Below, piece by piece: positions 41,735-51,695 of a stretch of 64,000 nucleotides of DNA. Below the pieces are notes generated by a model that worked only from the letters and a program-made list of their open reading frames with translations, was not told where the DNA came from and made no database searches. The DNA comes from Smithellaceae bacterium (GTDB lineage: Bacteria; Desulfobacterota; Syntrophia; Syntrophales; Smithellaceae). The position numbers and the translations under genes were made by a program. Numbering within the stretch: the first letter of the stretch is position 1; every line of letters starts with the position of its first letter. The stretch spans positions 2,912,001-2,976,000 of the forward strand of contig CAXXVL010000002.1 of the NCBI GenBank assembly GCA_963667845.2, in the 5' to 3' direction.

Positions 41735-43822
41735 ATGAAGTTCGACGATCAGAAAATACGCAATATCGGGATCAGCGCGCATATCGATTCCGGCAAAACA
41801 ACGCTAAGCGAGCGCATTCTTTTTTACACGAAAAGAATTCACGCTATCCATGATGTGAAGGGTAAGGACGGCGTTGGCGCGACCATGGATTCCATGGAAC
41901 TGGAAAAAGAAAGAGGCATTACCATCGCTTCCGCGGCGACCTATTGCGAATGGAAAGGCTTTGAAATTAATATTATCGATACGCCCGGCCACGTCGATTT
42001 CACCATAGAAGTAGAAAGGTCGCTGCGCGTTCTGGACGGCGCGATCCTTGTTTTGTGTTCAGTGGGCGGCGTCCAGTCGCAGTCCATCACTGTTGATCAT
42101 CAGATGAAGCGCTACAAAGTTCCCTGCATCGCGTTTATCAACAAGTGCGACCGCAGCGGCGCAAATCCTTTCCGTGTGATTGAACAATTGCGTTCCAAGC
42201 TGGGTCATAACGCCATCGCCATGCAGATTCCCATCGGTCTCGAAACAGACCTGCAGGGTGTGGTCGATCTGGTGGCCATGAAAGCAATGTATTTTGACGG
42301 CGATAACGGTGAGGATATTCGCATCGAAGAAATTCCGCAAAATCTTCTCGCCGAAGCCAAAACCAAACGAGACGAACTCATCGAAGCCGCGTCTCTCTTT
42401 TCCGATGAACTGACGGAAACCATTTTAGAGGAAAAAGAAATTTCCGCCGAACTGCTTTACGCCGCCATTCGCACGGGAACGCTGAAGAGAGAACTCACGC
42501 CGGTTTACATGGGGTCGGCTTACAAAAATAAAGCGGTCCAGCCCCTGCTTGACGGCGTGACCTATCTGTTGCCCGCACCATCCGAGGTAGAAAACATTGC
42601 CCTCAATATGGATAATAATGAAGAACCGGTTGTTTTGACCAGCGATCCCGAAAAACCGATTATCGCACTGGCGTTCAAACTGGAAGACGGTCAGTACGGC
42701 CAGTTAACCTATATTCGTGTTTACGAAGGGACGGTGGAGAAAGGTTCCACGATCGTCAATGTACGAAACGGAAAAAAAGTTAAAGTCGGTCGTGTCGTGA
42801 GGATGCACGCCGATCAGATGGAGGAGGTCGATGAGTTGCGCGCCGGATACATTGGCGCTTTATTCGGCATTGAGTGTTCCTCGGGTGACACGTTTGTATC
42901 ACCGGGCATCAATATGACGATGACCTCGATGTATGTGCCCAAGCCGGTTATCTCGCTGGCCATCGTACCGAAAGACAACAAGTCGCAAATGGCCATGTCC
43001 AAGGCTCTTAACCGATTCTCGAAGGAAGACCCGACATTCAAAACGTACGTCGACCATGAAACCAACGAAACCATCATCGAAGGGATGGGCGAGCTGCATC
43101 TGGATATTTACGTGGAGAGAATGAAGCGTGAATACAATGCGGAAGTGACGACAGGTAATCCCCGTGTGGCTTACCGCGAAACCATCACCCAGCGGGCGGA
43201 TTTCAACTACACCCATAAGAAGCAAACCGGCGGTTCCGGACAGTTCGGACGCATTGCCGGCTGGATCGAACCGATCAGTGACGCGGATTTTGTTTTTGAA
43301 AACAAAATATTCGGCGGTTCGATTCCTACGCAGTATATTCCCGCCTGCGAAAAAGGTTTTAAACAGAGCATGGCCAAAGGACCCAAGTTGGAATTCCCGA
43401 TTACCGGCGTTAAGGTCGTCATCAATGATGGCGCCTCGCACGCGGTGGATTCTTCCGACATGGCTTTCCAGGCCGCTGCGCGCGGGGCTTTTAAGGAAGC
43501 TTACCTGCGCGCCAAGCCGGTGGTTCATGAGCCGATTATGAAAGTCGTTGTGGAATCACCAACTGAGTTTCAGGGGTCGGTGATGGGACTGCTCAACCAG
43601 CGCCGCGGAATGATCATCGGTTCGCAGGACGAAGGCGTCATGAGCGTCATCGAAGCTCAAGTGCCGTTGGGCGAAATGTTCGGTTTTTCAACTATCCTGC
43701 GTTCATCCACGCAGGGCAAGGCCCAGTTCACGATGGAGTTTGCGCTCTATCGTCAGGTGCCGCAGTCGATCGCGGAAAAGATAGCGCTCGAAGTTGCTCA
43801 GAACAAGAAGACGGCGGCCTAA
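41735..43822 (+). CDS. fusA: Elongation factor G (spdEFG1 / mitochondrial EF-G1-like type)
   Basis: [65 protein letters not shown]. Confidence 0.96.
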   Translation: MKFDDQKIRNIGISAHIDSGKTTLSERILFYTKRIHAIHDVKGKDGVGATMDSMELEKERGITIASAATYCEWKGFEINIIDTPGHVDFTIEVERSLRVLDGAILVLCSVGGVQSQSITVDHQMKRYKVPCIAFINKCDRSGANPFRVIEQLRSKLGHNAIAMQIPIGLETDLQGVVDLVAMKAMYFDGDNGEDIRIEEIPQNLLAEAKTKRDELIEAASLFSDELTETILEEKEISAELLYAAIRTGTLKRELTPVYMGSAYKNKAVQPLLDGVTYLLPAPSEVENIALNMDNNEEPVVLTSDPEKPIIALAFKLEDGQYGQLTYIRVYEGTVEKGSTIVNVRNGKKVKVGRVVRMHADQMEEVDELRAGYIGALFGIECSSGDTFVSPGINMTMTSMYVPKPVISLAIVPKDNKSQMAMSKALNRFSKEDPTFKTYVDHETNETIIEGMGELHLDIYVERMKREYNAEVTTGNPRVAYRETITQRADFNYTHKKQTGGSGQFGRIAGWIEPISDADFVFENKIFGGSIPTQYIPACEKGFKQSMAKGPKLEFPITGVKVVINDGASHAVDSSDMAFQAAARGAFKEAYLRAKPVVHEPIMKVVVESPTEFQGSVMGLLNQRRGMIIGSQDEGVMSVIEAQVPLGEMFGFSTILRSSTQGKAQFTMEFALYRQVPQSIAEKIALEVAQNKKTAA

Positions 43823-43823
43823 A

Positions 43824-43858
43824 AAGGTTCAAGGCACAAGGTTCAAGGTGCAAGGTAA
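43824..43858 (+). repeat. Heptamer tandem repeat (AAGGYNN x5)
   Basis: aaggttc aaggcac aaggttc aaggtgc aaggtaa immediately after the fusA stop. Confidence 0.8.
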
Positions 43859-43935
43859 CAAAGAAGACAATGTCGGTTTATAGAGCTTTAAAACGGGAAG
43901 ACAATGTCATCCATTTAATCTATGAGGTTATGATC

Positions 43936-44628
43936 ATGATCAAAAATGAAATCAATCAGCGCAATCCGCTATTAAATCTGGGATACGATAACGAATATAT
44001 TCTGCCCAATGGTGGCTTCGGCGCTGTTTTAGCACACGCCGGCGTCGGCAAGACCGCACTGCTCGTTCAGATGGCCCTGCACGCCATGATCAATGAGCAG
44101 CCTGTGTTGCATGTCAGTTTGAATGACGCGGTCAGCAAGGTGGATCTCTGGTACCGTGAATTATTCAATGACATGGTGTCGAAGTACGATTCAGCAGAAG
44201 TTACGGAATACTGGGAGAATCTTCTCAATTACCGTTTCATCATGACATTTCGCGTGGAAGGGTTCAGTGTTCCGAAACTGGAAGAACGCGTGACCGACCT
44301 GATGCAGCAAAATATTTTCAAGCCGTCCGTTATCATTCTTGATGGATTGAAATTTGACGAATCCGGCCGCGGCCTTCTGGTGGAATTGAAAGAATTGGCG
44401 AAGAAATATTCGATGCGCATCTGGTTTACCGTCCATACGCACCGCCATGAGCCGCCCAAAGAAGATGGTCTGCCGCTTTCATTTCTGCATGTTGCGGATC
44501 TATTTGATGTGCTGGTGCAGGTTGCCGCAAAAGGGCCGGAAGTTTACATTAAAGCCCTCAAGGGCCAGTCTCCGGGCGCAAAACAGGACGCGCTTATACT
44601 GGATCCGGCGACGATGCTGATCAAATAG
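43936..44628 (+). CDS. RecA/KaiC-like P-loop ATPase of unknown function
   Basis: Walker A AHAGVGKT, HVSL strand, Walker B VIILDG; start 43930/43936 after GAGG. Confidence 0.7.
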   Translation: MIKNEINQRNPLLNLGYDNEYILPNGGFGAVLAHAGVGKTALLVQMALHAMINEQPVLHVSLNDAVSKVDLWYRELFNDMVSKYDSAEVTEYWENLLNYRFIMTFRVEGFSVPKLEERVTDLMQQNIFKPSVIILDGLKFDESGRGLLVELKELAKKYSMRIWFTVHTHRHEPPKEDGLPLSFLHVADLFDVLVQVAAKGPEVYIKALKGQSPGAKQDALILDPATMLIK

Positions 44629-44632
44629 CGCA

Positions 44633-45346
44633 TTATTCCCATTCACCGATAATACGTGTCACAGCCGGTCGAGCGTTATGAATGGATATCTCAGTAAGGC
44701 ACGCAAGTGCCACGCCGTCCATCCATTCCGGATTGCATTGCTCGAAAAAAGCGATTCTCGTATCCCGGAGTTCCTTCTCGCCGATGTCACTGACCCCGGG
44801 ACGCAATTTCCCCGAGTTCATCAGCCGGATGACTCTTTTGTGCGGGTCATATTCTTTCCCGTACCGTTTTGCCGCCAGATGATCCAGGAGCCTGCGTTCA
44901 AACTCGGGTATTCCGTAATCAGGATTCGGATAGTATGTTTTCGCATAGACCGGCAAATAGCGGTAGGAACGGTAACTGTTTACGATTAAAAACCAATAAT
45001 ATCTGAATAGGGGATTGCGAAGCGCATGCGCGAACGCAAACCGTATCCACGTTTTTTCCAGCACCAAACTGGCTCGATAAGAGAGATCGATAATGGTATC
45101 ACCAGAGAAAAAAGCTCTAAGGGGTACGCCATCAAGAACATCGTCGATGAGACGTAGCGTCGAAAAACCGACAATCTGACCTTTGGCTGGCTCAGTGAGT
45201 AGGATGACCCAGTCTTTTTCATTGAGATCTTTATTAAAGCTGGACCATCGGACACCATCAAAATAATGGTTCAATATCTCAAACATGCTGTAGCGCTGAA
45301 TGTTATTGAGTTGACTTGCTTCGACGACGCTTCCTGCCAGAGACAT
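44633..45346 (-). CDS. Hypothetical protein (possible GNAT-like fold)
   Basis: 237-aa ORF with RBS; motifs DLNEKDWVILL, FSGDTII, YWFLI...YRSYRYLP. Confidence 0.75.
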   Translation of the reverse strand: MSLAGSVVEASQLNNIQRYSMFEILNHYFDGVRWSSFNKDLNEKDWVILLTEPAKGQIVGFSTLRLIDDVLDGVPLRAFFSGDTIIDLSYRASLVLEKTWIRFAFAHALRNPLFRYYWFLIVNSYRSYRYLPVYAKTYYPNPDYGIPEFERRLLDHLAAKRYGKEYDPHKRVIRLMNSGKLRPGVSDIGEKELRDTRIAFFEQCNPEWMDGVALACLTEISIHNARPAVTRIIGEWE

Positions 45347-45382
45347 GATTATCTTCCTTTAAATGATGTACTACTTCCCCAA

Positions 45383-46525
45383 TTACAGACCGCCCAGTTC
45401 CACGTACGAGGTTCTTCCGTCGAGGGTGGCAGTAAAGTCAAAATTATCCAATGACAGCGCATAGATTCCCGATCGAGAGGGGATATGAATATATTTTTTC
45501 AATACACGAAATAAGGGATCTCTCTCCATGAGGCCTACCAGCAGAAAAGAATTGCCTTTGTCATGCTGATGGTGAAGAATTGTATTTAACAGCAGAGTAA
45601 ATATCTGCTCGCTGTTGTTCTCAATCGCAATGCAGGCGGCATAAAGATTGCGCAGCGGTTCGCCCGGATTGGGCATCGGTGCCAGATGTAAGGCATGCGC
45701 CAATGGAGAAATGAAAGGCTTCAACCAGCGCATATATCCTGAATACTCGGCAATCAGAATCCGGCGAAACGGAAGTTGATCCCAGCAGGCGACTATGCCC
45801 AGAATCCGATCTCCGGTCCTTGCGACGTAGAAATCATCGAGCCGAAGGCCCCGCAGAATTCCGTTATCGGCCAGGATATCGTCCGCCGCATAAACGGGGA
45901 AAAACTGTTTTTCACTGCCTACACGGTTCAGGAATTCAGAAATTTTAGCGGCTCCAACAGCGCTGCCGCGTTCAATTTGAATTCGTGCAGGCAGACGTGG
46001 GGCGGGGCGAGGGAGCAGGGGAATGGCGGCGGTATGCAGTGTGCCGATGCGCGTGCTCGCCGGCAATCCGACCCGACCGCTCGATAGCACATTTTGGGCG
46101 GCAGTGTTGTCAGTCAGTATGGCGAACAGATAGAACGGAGGGCCGCCACCTTCGTCGTGCCACTGTTCGAGGATCTCACGACCCTGGGCCATGATGGTTG
46201 TGCCGCGGATGGATCGATCGAGGCGAAGGGAGCCTAAGTAACCCACCTCCGCAGGAGTACCGTTCAGGAACACCCTGCGCTTGGCGAGTAAAACGACGCC
46301 GACGATTTGCTGATTTGATTCGGCGATGATCACGCGCTTAGCGCATCCTTCGACTTCAATAGCGCGAAAGAAACTCGGTTTATAATCGGCTGCAAGTGAG
46401 ATGGTGCCGCGCATCGCAGTGCGGCGCATTAGCGCGCATAACTGAGCATCGTCCTGGGGACGTGCTTCCCGGAGATAAACGGAAGTTGAACATATCGGTG
46501 GGTCGATTCCCTGTGCGTCTGTCAT
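45383..46525 (-). CDS. GNAT-like acyltransferase domain protein
   Basis: LREARPQDD start, VGVV, VGYLGSLRLDRSIRG motif-A-like segment; ATG 46525 preferred over the ORF-track start. Confidence 0.65.
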   Translation of the reverse strand: MTDAQGIDPPICSTSVYLREARPQDDAQLCALMRRTAMRGTISLAADYKPSFFRAIEVEGCAKRVIIAESNQQIVGVVLLAKRRVFLNGTPAEVGYLGSLRLDRSIRGTTIMAQGREILEQWHDEGGGPPFYLFAILTDNTAAQNVLSSGRVGLPASTRIGTLHTAAIPLLPRPAPRLPARIQIERGSAVGAAKISEFLNRVGSEKQFFPVYAADDILADNGILRGLRLDDFYVARTGDRILGIVACWDQLPFRRILIAEYSGYMRWLKPFISPLAHALHLAPMPNPGEPLRNLYAACIAIENNSEQIFTLLLNTILHHQHDKGNSFLLVGLMERDPLFRVLKKYIHIPSRSGIYALSLDNFDFTATLDGRTSYVELGGL

Positions 46526-46750
46526 AAATTTTGAACTGTTCTTTCTTGCACGGATATAAGGAAAATATCTTTTGCTGTCAATCACTATCCGCTTTTTTAA
46601 ACGTTTGATTCGTTTATTCTCCAAACGCTATCGGGTTTTTCGGCCAGACTGAAAGACAATTGCAAAAAGATGGTCGTTGCGGTAGATATTCAGACTGAAA
46701 ATCCGGGCCTAAGATTTATTTCCATCAATATTTAAGTCGCCGGGAGGCAT

Positions 46751-47710
46751 ATGAAAACAACAGCTTTGTATTTGTTACTGGGAATTGTTATCGTCATGGC
46801 AGCGGCATTTATAGCTGCAATTACAATGGCTTCTCCCAAAGCACCGCCGATGATGGAATCAATTGCAGCTCCCTTTCGGACGATGAATTTTGCATCTTTA
46901 CCGCCTGCTCGTCACTATCAGGCTCGCGATGGTGCGCAGCTGGCGTATCGGGCATATCCGGCGGATCATTCCAGGCAGACGGTTGTCCTGGTTCATGGTT
47001 CCTCGGCCTCCGGCAGCTCCCTGCATGCTCTTGCCGAGTATCTTCAGAAGAACGGCATCGATGTATATGCATTGGATATGCGCGGTCACGGAGAATCGGG
47101 GCGTAAAGGGGATATTGACTATGTCGGACAGCTGGAAGATGACCTCGCAGATTTCATGAAGCAGATGTTTCAGAACCGGAGGGAGGTTATCCTTGCTGGC
47201 TTTTCTTCCGGCGGCGGTTTCGCTTTGAGGTTTGCAGCCAGTCCCCGGCAGGGGCTTTTCAGCCGCTATATTGTGCTCGCACCCTTCATTAGATACGATG
47301 CACCCACAACCCGGCCGAACAACGGCGAATGGGCGAGAGTCAGTGTTCCTCGAATCATAGCTCTCACGCTTCTCGGGCCTGTCGGCAGGAAATGGCTGGG
47401 GCATTTGCCGGTCATCGCTTTTGGGATCGATCCTCAAAATGCCCGATACCAAACATCCACCTATTCTTACCGGCTTTCGAGCAATTTTGGACTGCATCAT
47501 GACTACGTCTCCGACTTGAAGGCTATTAAGCGGCCCTTGGCCGTCATTGTGGGAGAAAAAGATGAGCTGGTTTATCCGCAGAAATACCTATCCGTGTTTG
47601 CCGAGCCGCAGCCCCACGCGGAGATTCGCATCGTTCCCGGAGTCGGTCATATCACCCTGACCACCGATCCTGCCGGACTGGAAGCGATTGCAGAAGTCAT
47701 TTCGAATTGA
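46751..47710 (+). CDS. Alpha/beta hydrolase with N-terminal TM/signal
   Basis: HGS, DMRGHG, nucleophile GFSSGG, GEKDE, GVGH. Confidence 0.9.
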   Translation: MKTTALYLLLGIVIVMAAAFIAAITMASPKAPPMMESIAAPFRTMNFASLPPARHYQARDGAQLAYRAYPADHSRQTVVLVHGSSASGSSLHALAEYLQKNGIDVYALDMRGHGESGRKGDIDYVGQLEDDLADFMKQMFQNRREVILAGFSSGGGFALRFAASPRQGLFSRYIVLAPFIRYDAPTTRPNNGEWARVSVPRIIALTLLGPVGRKWLGHLPVIAFGIDPQNARYQTSTYSYRLSSNFGLHHDYVSDLKAIKRPLAVIVGEKDELVYPQKYLSVFAEPQPHAEIRIVPGVGHITLTTDPAGLEAIAEVISN

Positions 47711-47857
47711 CGATCTTATCAGACGGCCTTGACACGCAAAGCCTGATGACTTCTATAGGATGAGTTCATCCGAAGTCCGGATGGACGTCCGAGCGCCGTT
47801 ATACGGTCACTTTGCCGGAATATCCCTGAATCTTGAGCTGATATTAAGGATAAGAAG

Positions 47858-49927
47858 ATGCCTTACAATCGACTGCAAAATGAAAAGAGCCCTTATCTCC
47901 TGCAACATGCGCAAAACCCGGTGGACTGGTATCCCTGGGGAGAAGACGCATTTGCCAAAGCCCGGCAGGAAGACAAACCCATTTTCCTGTCCATCGGATA
48001 TTCGACCTGCCACTGGTGCCACGTGATGGAGCATGAATCATTCGAAGATAACGCGGTCGCCTGTCTCCTGAACGAAACATTTGTCAATATCAAGGTCGAC
48101 CGCGAAGAACGTCCCGACATTGATGCGGTTTATATGAAAGTCTGCCAGCTCATGACGCAGAGCGGAGGATGGCCGCTGACAATTATGATGACGCCGGATA
48201 AAAAGCCTTTTTTTGCCGCGACCTACATTCCCCGTGAAACGCGATATGGCCGGGTCGGCCTCCTGGAGATGATTCCGGAAGTTAAATCGCTCTGGCAGTC
48301 GAAACGCGCCGATGTTCTTTCCACGGCCGCGGAAATTACCGGGATTCTGCAAAGGCCCTCCGCAGGAGGCGACAAGGATGTGGGTGAAGAAATACTTCAT
48401 CGGGCGTATCGGTCGTTATCCGCGAGCTTTGATCAGGCGTACGGTGGATTCGGTCATGCGCCGAAGTTTCCTTCACCGCACAATCTCTCATTTCTGCTTC
48501 GCTACTGGAAACGGACCGGTGAGGCGCGGGCACTGTACATGGCGGAAAATACGGTGCGAAACATGCTGCGGGGTGGAATCTGGGATCACATCGGCTGCGG
48601 ATTTCATCGCTATTCCACGGATGAACGCTGGGTCGTTCCACATTTTGAAAAGATGCTTTACGATCAGGCGATGATGGCATTGGCCTTAATTGAGCTATTC
48701 CAGGCCACAGGGAAAGAAGAATACAAAACATCGGCTTGCGAGATATTTGACTATGTTCTGCGCGATATGACGGATGAACAGGGTGGTTTCTATTGTGCGG
48801 AAGATGCGGACAGCGAAGGTGTGGAAGGGAAATTTTATTTATGGACGGAAGAGGAAATCCGCAGCGTTCTGAAAAAAGATGAAGCGGACCTATTCCTGTC
48901 TCTTTACAGGCACGAGGGCGACCTGACCCTTCAGGGGATGCAGGAAATTCCCTCGGGCAATTTCATTGCGCACCTTCGGCCTTTGCCCCAGAGCGGCGGC
49001 GGAGATGCTGCAATAGAACAGTCCGGCATGCCGGAAAATGTCCGCAAAAAACTTTTCACTGTTCGGGAAAAAAGGATTCGCCCGCATCGGGACGACAAGA
49101 TACTGACCGACTGGAACGGTCTCATGATTGCGGCGTTGGCACGGGGCGCTCAGGTCTTTGAGGAACCGGTCTACCTTAAGGCCGCCGTCCGTGCGGCAGA
49201 TTTTATCTTTCGATTTCTACGGTCTGAAAATGGCCGGTTGCTCCACCGGTTTCGCGATGGTGAAGGCCGGACGCCCGCGAATGTCGATGATTACTCGTTT
49301 ATGATTTGCGCTCTTTTGGAACTCTACGAGACCACGTTTGAAATGGAGTATCTGTTCAGGGCACTGGAGTTTCAGTCTCATCTCTTTGCTTATTTTCGGG
49401 ATGACTGGAATGGCGGATATTTCCTTACGGCAAGCGATGCGGAAGCCCTTTTGACGCGGCCGAAAGAACTCTATGACGGTGCCATCCCGTCGGGCAATTC
49501 CATGGCATTTATGAATACCCTGCGATTGTCCCGCATTACCGGAGATGCCGAGCTGGATGAAAGAGCGCACGAAATATACCGGGCGTTTCGCTCCCAGGCG
49601 GATGCGGCGCCGACGAACTTCACGCAATTCCTCGCCGGTCTTGACTTTGCCATTGGCCCGGCAAGCGAAGTGATTATTGCCGGAGATAAAAGCAGTCCCG
49701 ATACAAAAAAGATGCTGCGCGCTTTAAGAAAAAGTTTTGTGCCGAATAAGATTGTCATCTTCCGGCCGGAGGGGCAGGCAGTGCCCCAGATAGAAACAAT
49801 CGCGCCTTACGTTCAATCACATGCAGCGGTGAACGGACGAACGACCGCCTTCGTTTGCTCCAACTTTACCTGCTCGGCGCCGACCAATGATCCCGGAAAG
49901 ATGATGGAATTGCTGAATGGAAAGTAG
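47858..49927 (+). CDS. YyaL/SPATA20-family thioredoxin-domain protein (DUF255)
   Basis: [61 protein letters not shown]. Confidence 0.95.
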   Translation: MPYNRLQNEKSPYLLQHAQNPVDWYPWGEDAFAKARQEDKPIFLSIGYSTCHWCHVMEHESFEDNAVACLLNETFVNIKVDREERPDIDAVYMKVCQLMTQSGGWPLTIMMTPDKKPFFAATYIPRETRYGRVGLLEMIPEVKSLWQSKRADVLSTAAEITGILQRPSAGGDKDVGEEILHRAYRSLSASFDQAYGGFGHAPKFPSPHNLSFLLRYWKRTGEARALYMAENTVRNMLRGGIWDHIGCGFHRYSTDERWVVPHFEKMLYDQAMMALALIELFQATGKEEYKTSACEIFDYVLRDMTDEQGGFYCAEDADSEGVEGKFYLWTEEEIRSVLKKDEADLFLSLYRHEGDLTLQGMQEIPSGNFIAHLRPLPQSGGGDAAIEQSGMPENVRKKLFTVREKRIRPHRDDKILTDWNGLMIAALARGAQVFEEPVYLKAAVRAADFIFRFLRSENGRLLHRFRDGEGRTPANVDDYSFMICALLELYETTFEMEYLFRALEFQSHLFAYFRDDWNGGYFLTASDAEALLTRPKELYDGAIPSGNSMAFMNTLRLSRITGDAELDERAHEIYRAFRSQADAAPTNFTQFLAGLDFAIGPASEVIIAGDKSSPDTKKMLRALRKSFVPNKIVIFRPEGQAVPQIETIAPYVQSHAAVNGRTTAFVCSNFTCSAPTNDPGKMMELLNGK

Positions 49928-49980
49928 CGGGCGGTCCCGCGCCGGCTGAGAGGGTTGAACCTGTGTTTTGGATGATCATG

Positions 49981-50343
49981 CTATTTTCCCAGACAGGCGG
50001 ATTTTCCCTTTCCTTTCCCTTCGGTGGATTCTTTTTTCAGAATGCCGTTTTCAAATGTCAGGGCGTAGATGTAGTCGCTGTCGCCGCAGTTGTAGTACCA
50101 GATTTCTACCTGATTGGCACATTTTTTTGATTTCTTAACTTTACCATGTTTGTCGACGCTGGTTGCCGAACGGCGTCCTTCGCATGTCGTTTCTTTGGAC
50201 GTCGGCTTGCCGCACGTTGTGGATACCTGTATTCTTGTATCACCGCTCGTGACCAGATCGGAACCGCAGCGAAAGGCAAAGCCGTCAACGACTGCGAAAC
50301 ATAAAAGAAATAGACAAAGGATGCCGCTTTTAAGGAACAACAT
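49981..50343 (-). CDS. Secreted DUF2845-like protein
   Basis: Signal peptide, then AFRCGSDLVTSGD...CGKP, EIWYYNCG. Confidence 0.8.
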   Translation of the reverse strand: MLFLKSGILCLFLLCFAVVDGFAFRCGSDLVTSGDTRIQVSTTCGKPTSKETTCEGRRSATSVDKHGKVKKSKKCANQVEIWYYNCGDSDYIYALTFENGILKKESTEGKGKGKSACLGK

Positions 50344-50370
50344 AGGTTCACCTCCGTGTGAATTGATTTA

Positions 50371-50691
50371 CTATTTTCCCAGACAGTCGGATTGGCCTTT
50401 TCCGCTGCCCTCAGTTGTTTCTTTAATTAATTTGCCGTCTTCAAAAGTCAGCGCATAGATATAGTCATTGCTGCCGCAATTATAGTACCAGATCTCGATA
50501 ATGTTGGGGCATGAATAAGTCCGTTTCGGGCAGATCGCCTCTTTGGAGGTAGGCTGACCGCAGGTTCCCAGGACTTTTACCTTTGCGTCGCCGCTCGTGA
50601 CCAGTCCGGAGCCGCAGCGAAAGGCAAACGCGTTTTGGGTGGAGAAGAGCAAAAAGGTAAAAATGATCAGAGTGGTTGCAAAGATTTTCAT
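50371..50691 (-). CDS. Secreted DUF2845-like protein (tandem paralog)
   Basis: Signal peptide, then AFRCGSGLVTSGD...CGQP, EIWYYNCG, shared CLGK* end. Confidence 0.8.
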   Translation of the reverse strand: MKIFATTLIIFTFLLFSTQNAFAFRCGSGLVTSGDAKVKVLGTCGQPTSKEAICPKRTYSCPNIIEIWYYNCGSNDYIYALTFEDGKLIKETTEGSGKGQSDCLGK

Positions 50692-51638
50692 TTTGTCACC
50701 TTGCTCCTGGCGTCATTAACAAGAACCATATACTCATACTTGTAAAGGTCGTAAACGAAATGCTGGATGATTTCCTGCTCGTCGCTAAGCGGTGTGGGCG
50801 ACCGCAGAGCGGCTTTCACTTTGTCATTGAAGTCGATGGGCAGGATATACCTGTACTGACCCCGAAAAACTTTATAATGGAAGGCGCGGGCGATCGTCTC
50901 CAAATGGGAAAATTTTACCGTATATTCAGAGTGACCCTGAAGGTCGATTCTTTCGGGAGATCCCGACGCTTTAAGTTTCAAGTGGGGGAGAGAGGGGTGG
51001 TCCACCGACGTTTCGCAGCTGTGCTCGCTTAAATAAATATAGGGGATAGCCGCACCGCACAGTCTTTCGACAACTTCCATGGCTCCGATATTGATATTTT
51101 CCGTGGGAGTAAATTCGAGAGAATATTCTTCCTCGTAATCAAATATTTTATTCAGAGAGCGCGTTGTGCCCTCATTGTCTTCCTTGGAGCCGTTCTGATT
51201 ATAGACCAGCGTAGGAAAATCACCCAGATTTTCATTGAAGATCGCCAGATCAAAGGAGTGAATTTGAGCGGCAGTCACCTTCAGAAAGTCCATTTCCACA
51301 AAACGCGCGGGAAGCCCGGCAAGCGCTTCTTTTTGCTTTTGCAGGAGAAAAGGTGAAATATCGAGCATTGTCGCCTGAAGATGAGGAGCGAGTCTGAGGA
51401 AGTCTTTCATGAGATAACCCAGTCCGCCGCCGACTTCCAGGACGTTCGTTAAAGCCGGGAACGGGATAATCCGCTGCAGGAAGTCAAAAAGGTGTTCACC
51501 GAAGGATGCGTTGGATTTGAGAACGCCGCGGCAGAGACTGTTCTCCGGATAGAGTGCGTTGCAGACCGTCAGCTCCCAGCCCAGGGATTTCAGTCTGTGT
51601 CGATGATATTCGTGTGTTGTATTTAAAGTATAGCCCAT
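50688..51638 (-). CDS. Class I SAM-dependent methyltransferase-like protein
   Basis: VLEVGGGLG motif I, LDIS, FDLAIFNE. Confidence 0.75.
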   Translation of the reverse strand: MGYTLNTTHEYHRHRLKSLGWELTVCNALYPENSLCRGVLKSNASFGEHLFDFLQRIIPFPALTNVLEVGGGLGYLMKDFLRLAPHLQATMLDISPFLLQKQKEALAGLPARFVEMDFLKVTAAQIHSFDLAIFNENLGDFPTLVYNQNGSKEDNEGTTRSLNKIFDYEEEYSLEFTPTENINIGAMEVVERLCGAAIPYIYLSEHSCETSVDHPSLPHLKLKASGSPERIDLQGHSEYTVKFSHLETIARAFHYKVFRGQYRYILPIDFNDKVKAALRSPTPLSDEQEIIQHFVYDLYKYEYMVLVNDARSKVTK

Positions 51639-51695
51639 AAGATTAAAATATTTTATCCGTCAAATCGAAAATTATGATATTTGATCTCTTAATTC

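Noticed and set aside
47743..47787. Hammerhead ribozyme suggested by CTGATGA and nearby hairpins
   Set aside because: No GAAA core after stem II; the CTGATGA lies within a likely promoter spacer after TTGACA.
44633..51638. Prophage or genomic island call for the accessory stretch
   Set aside because: No integrase, transposase, tRNA target or flanking direct repeats were seen.
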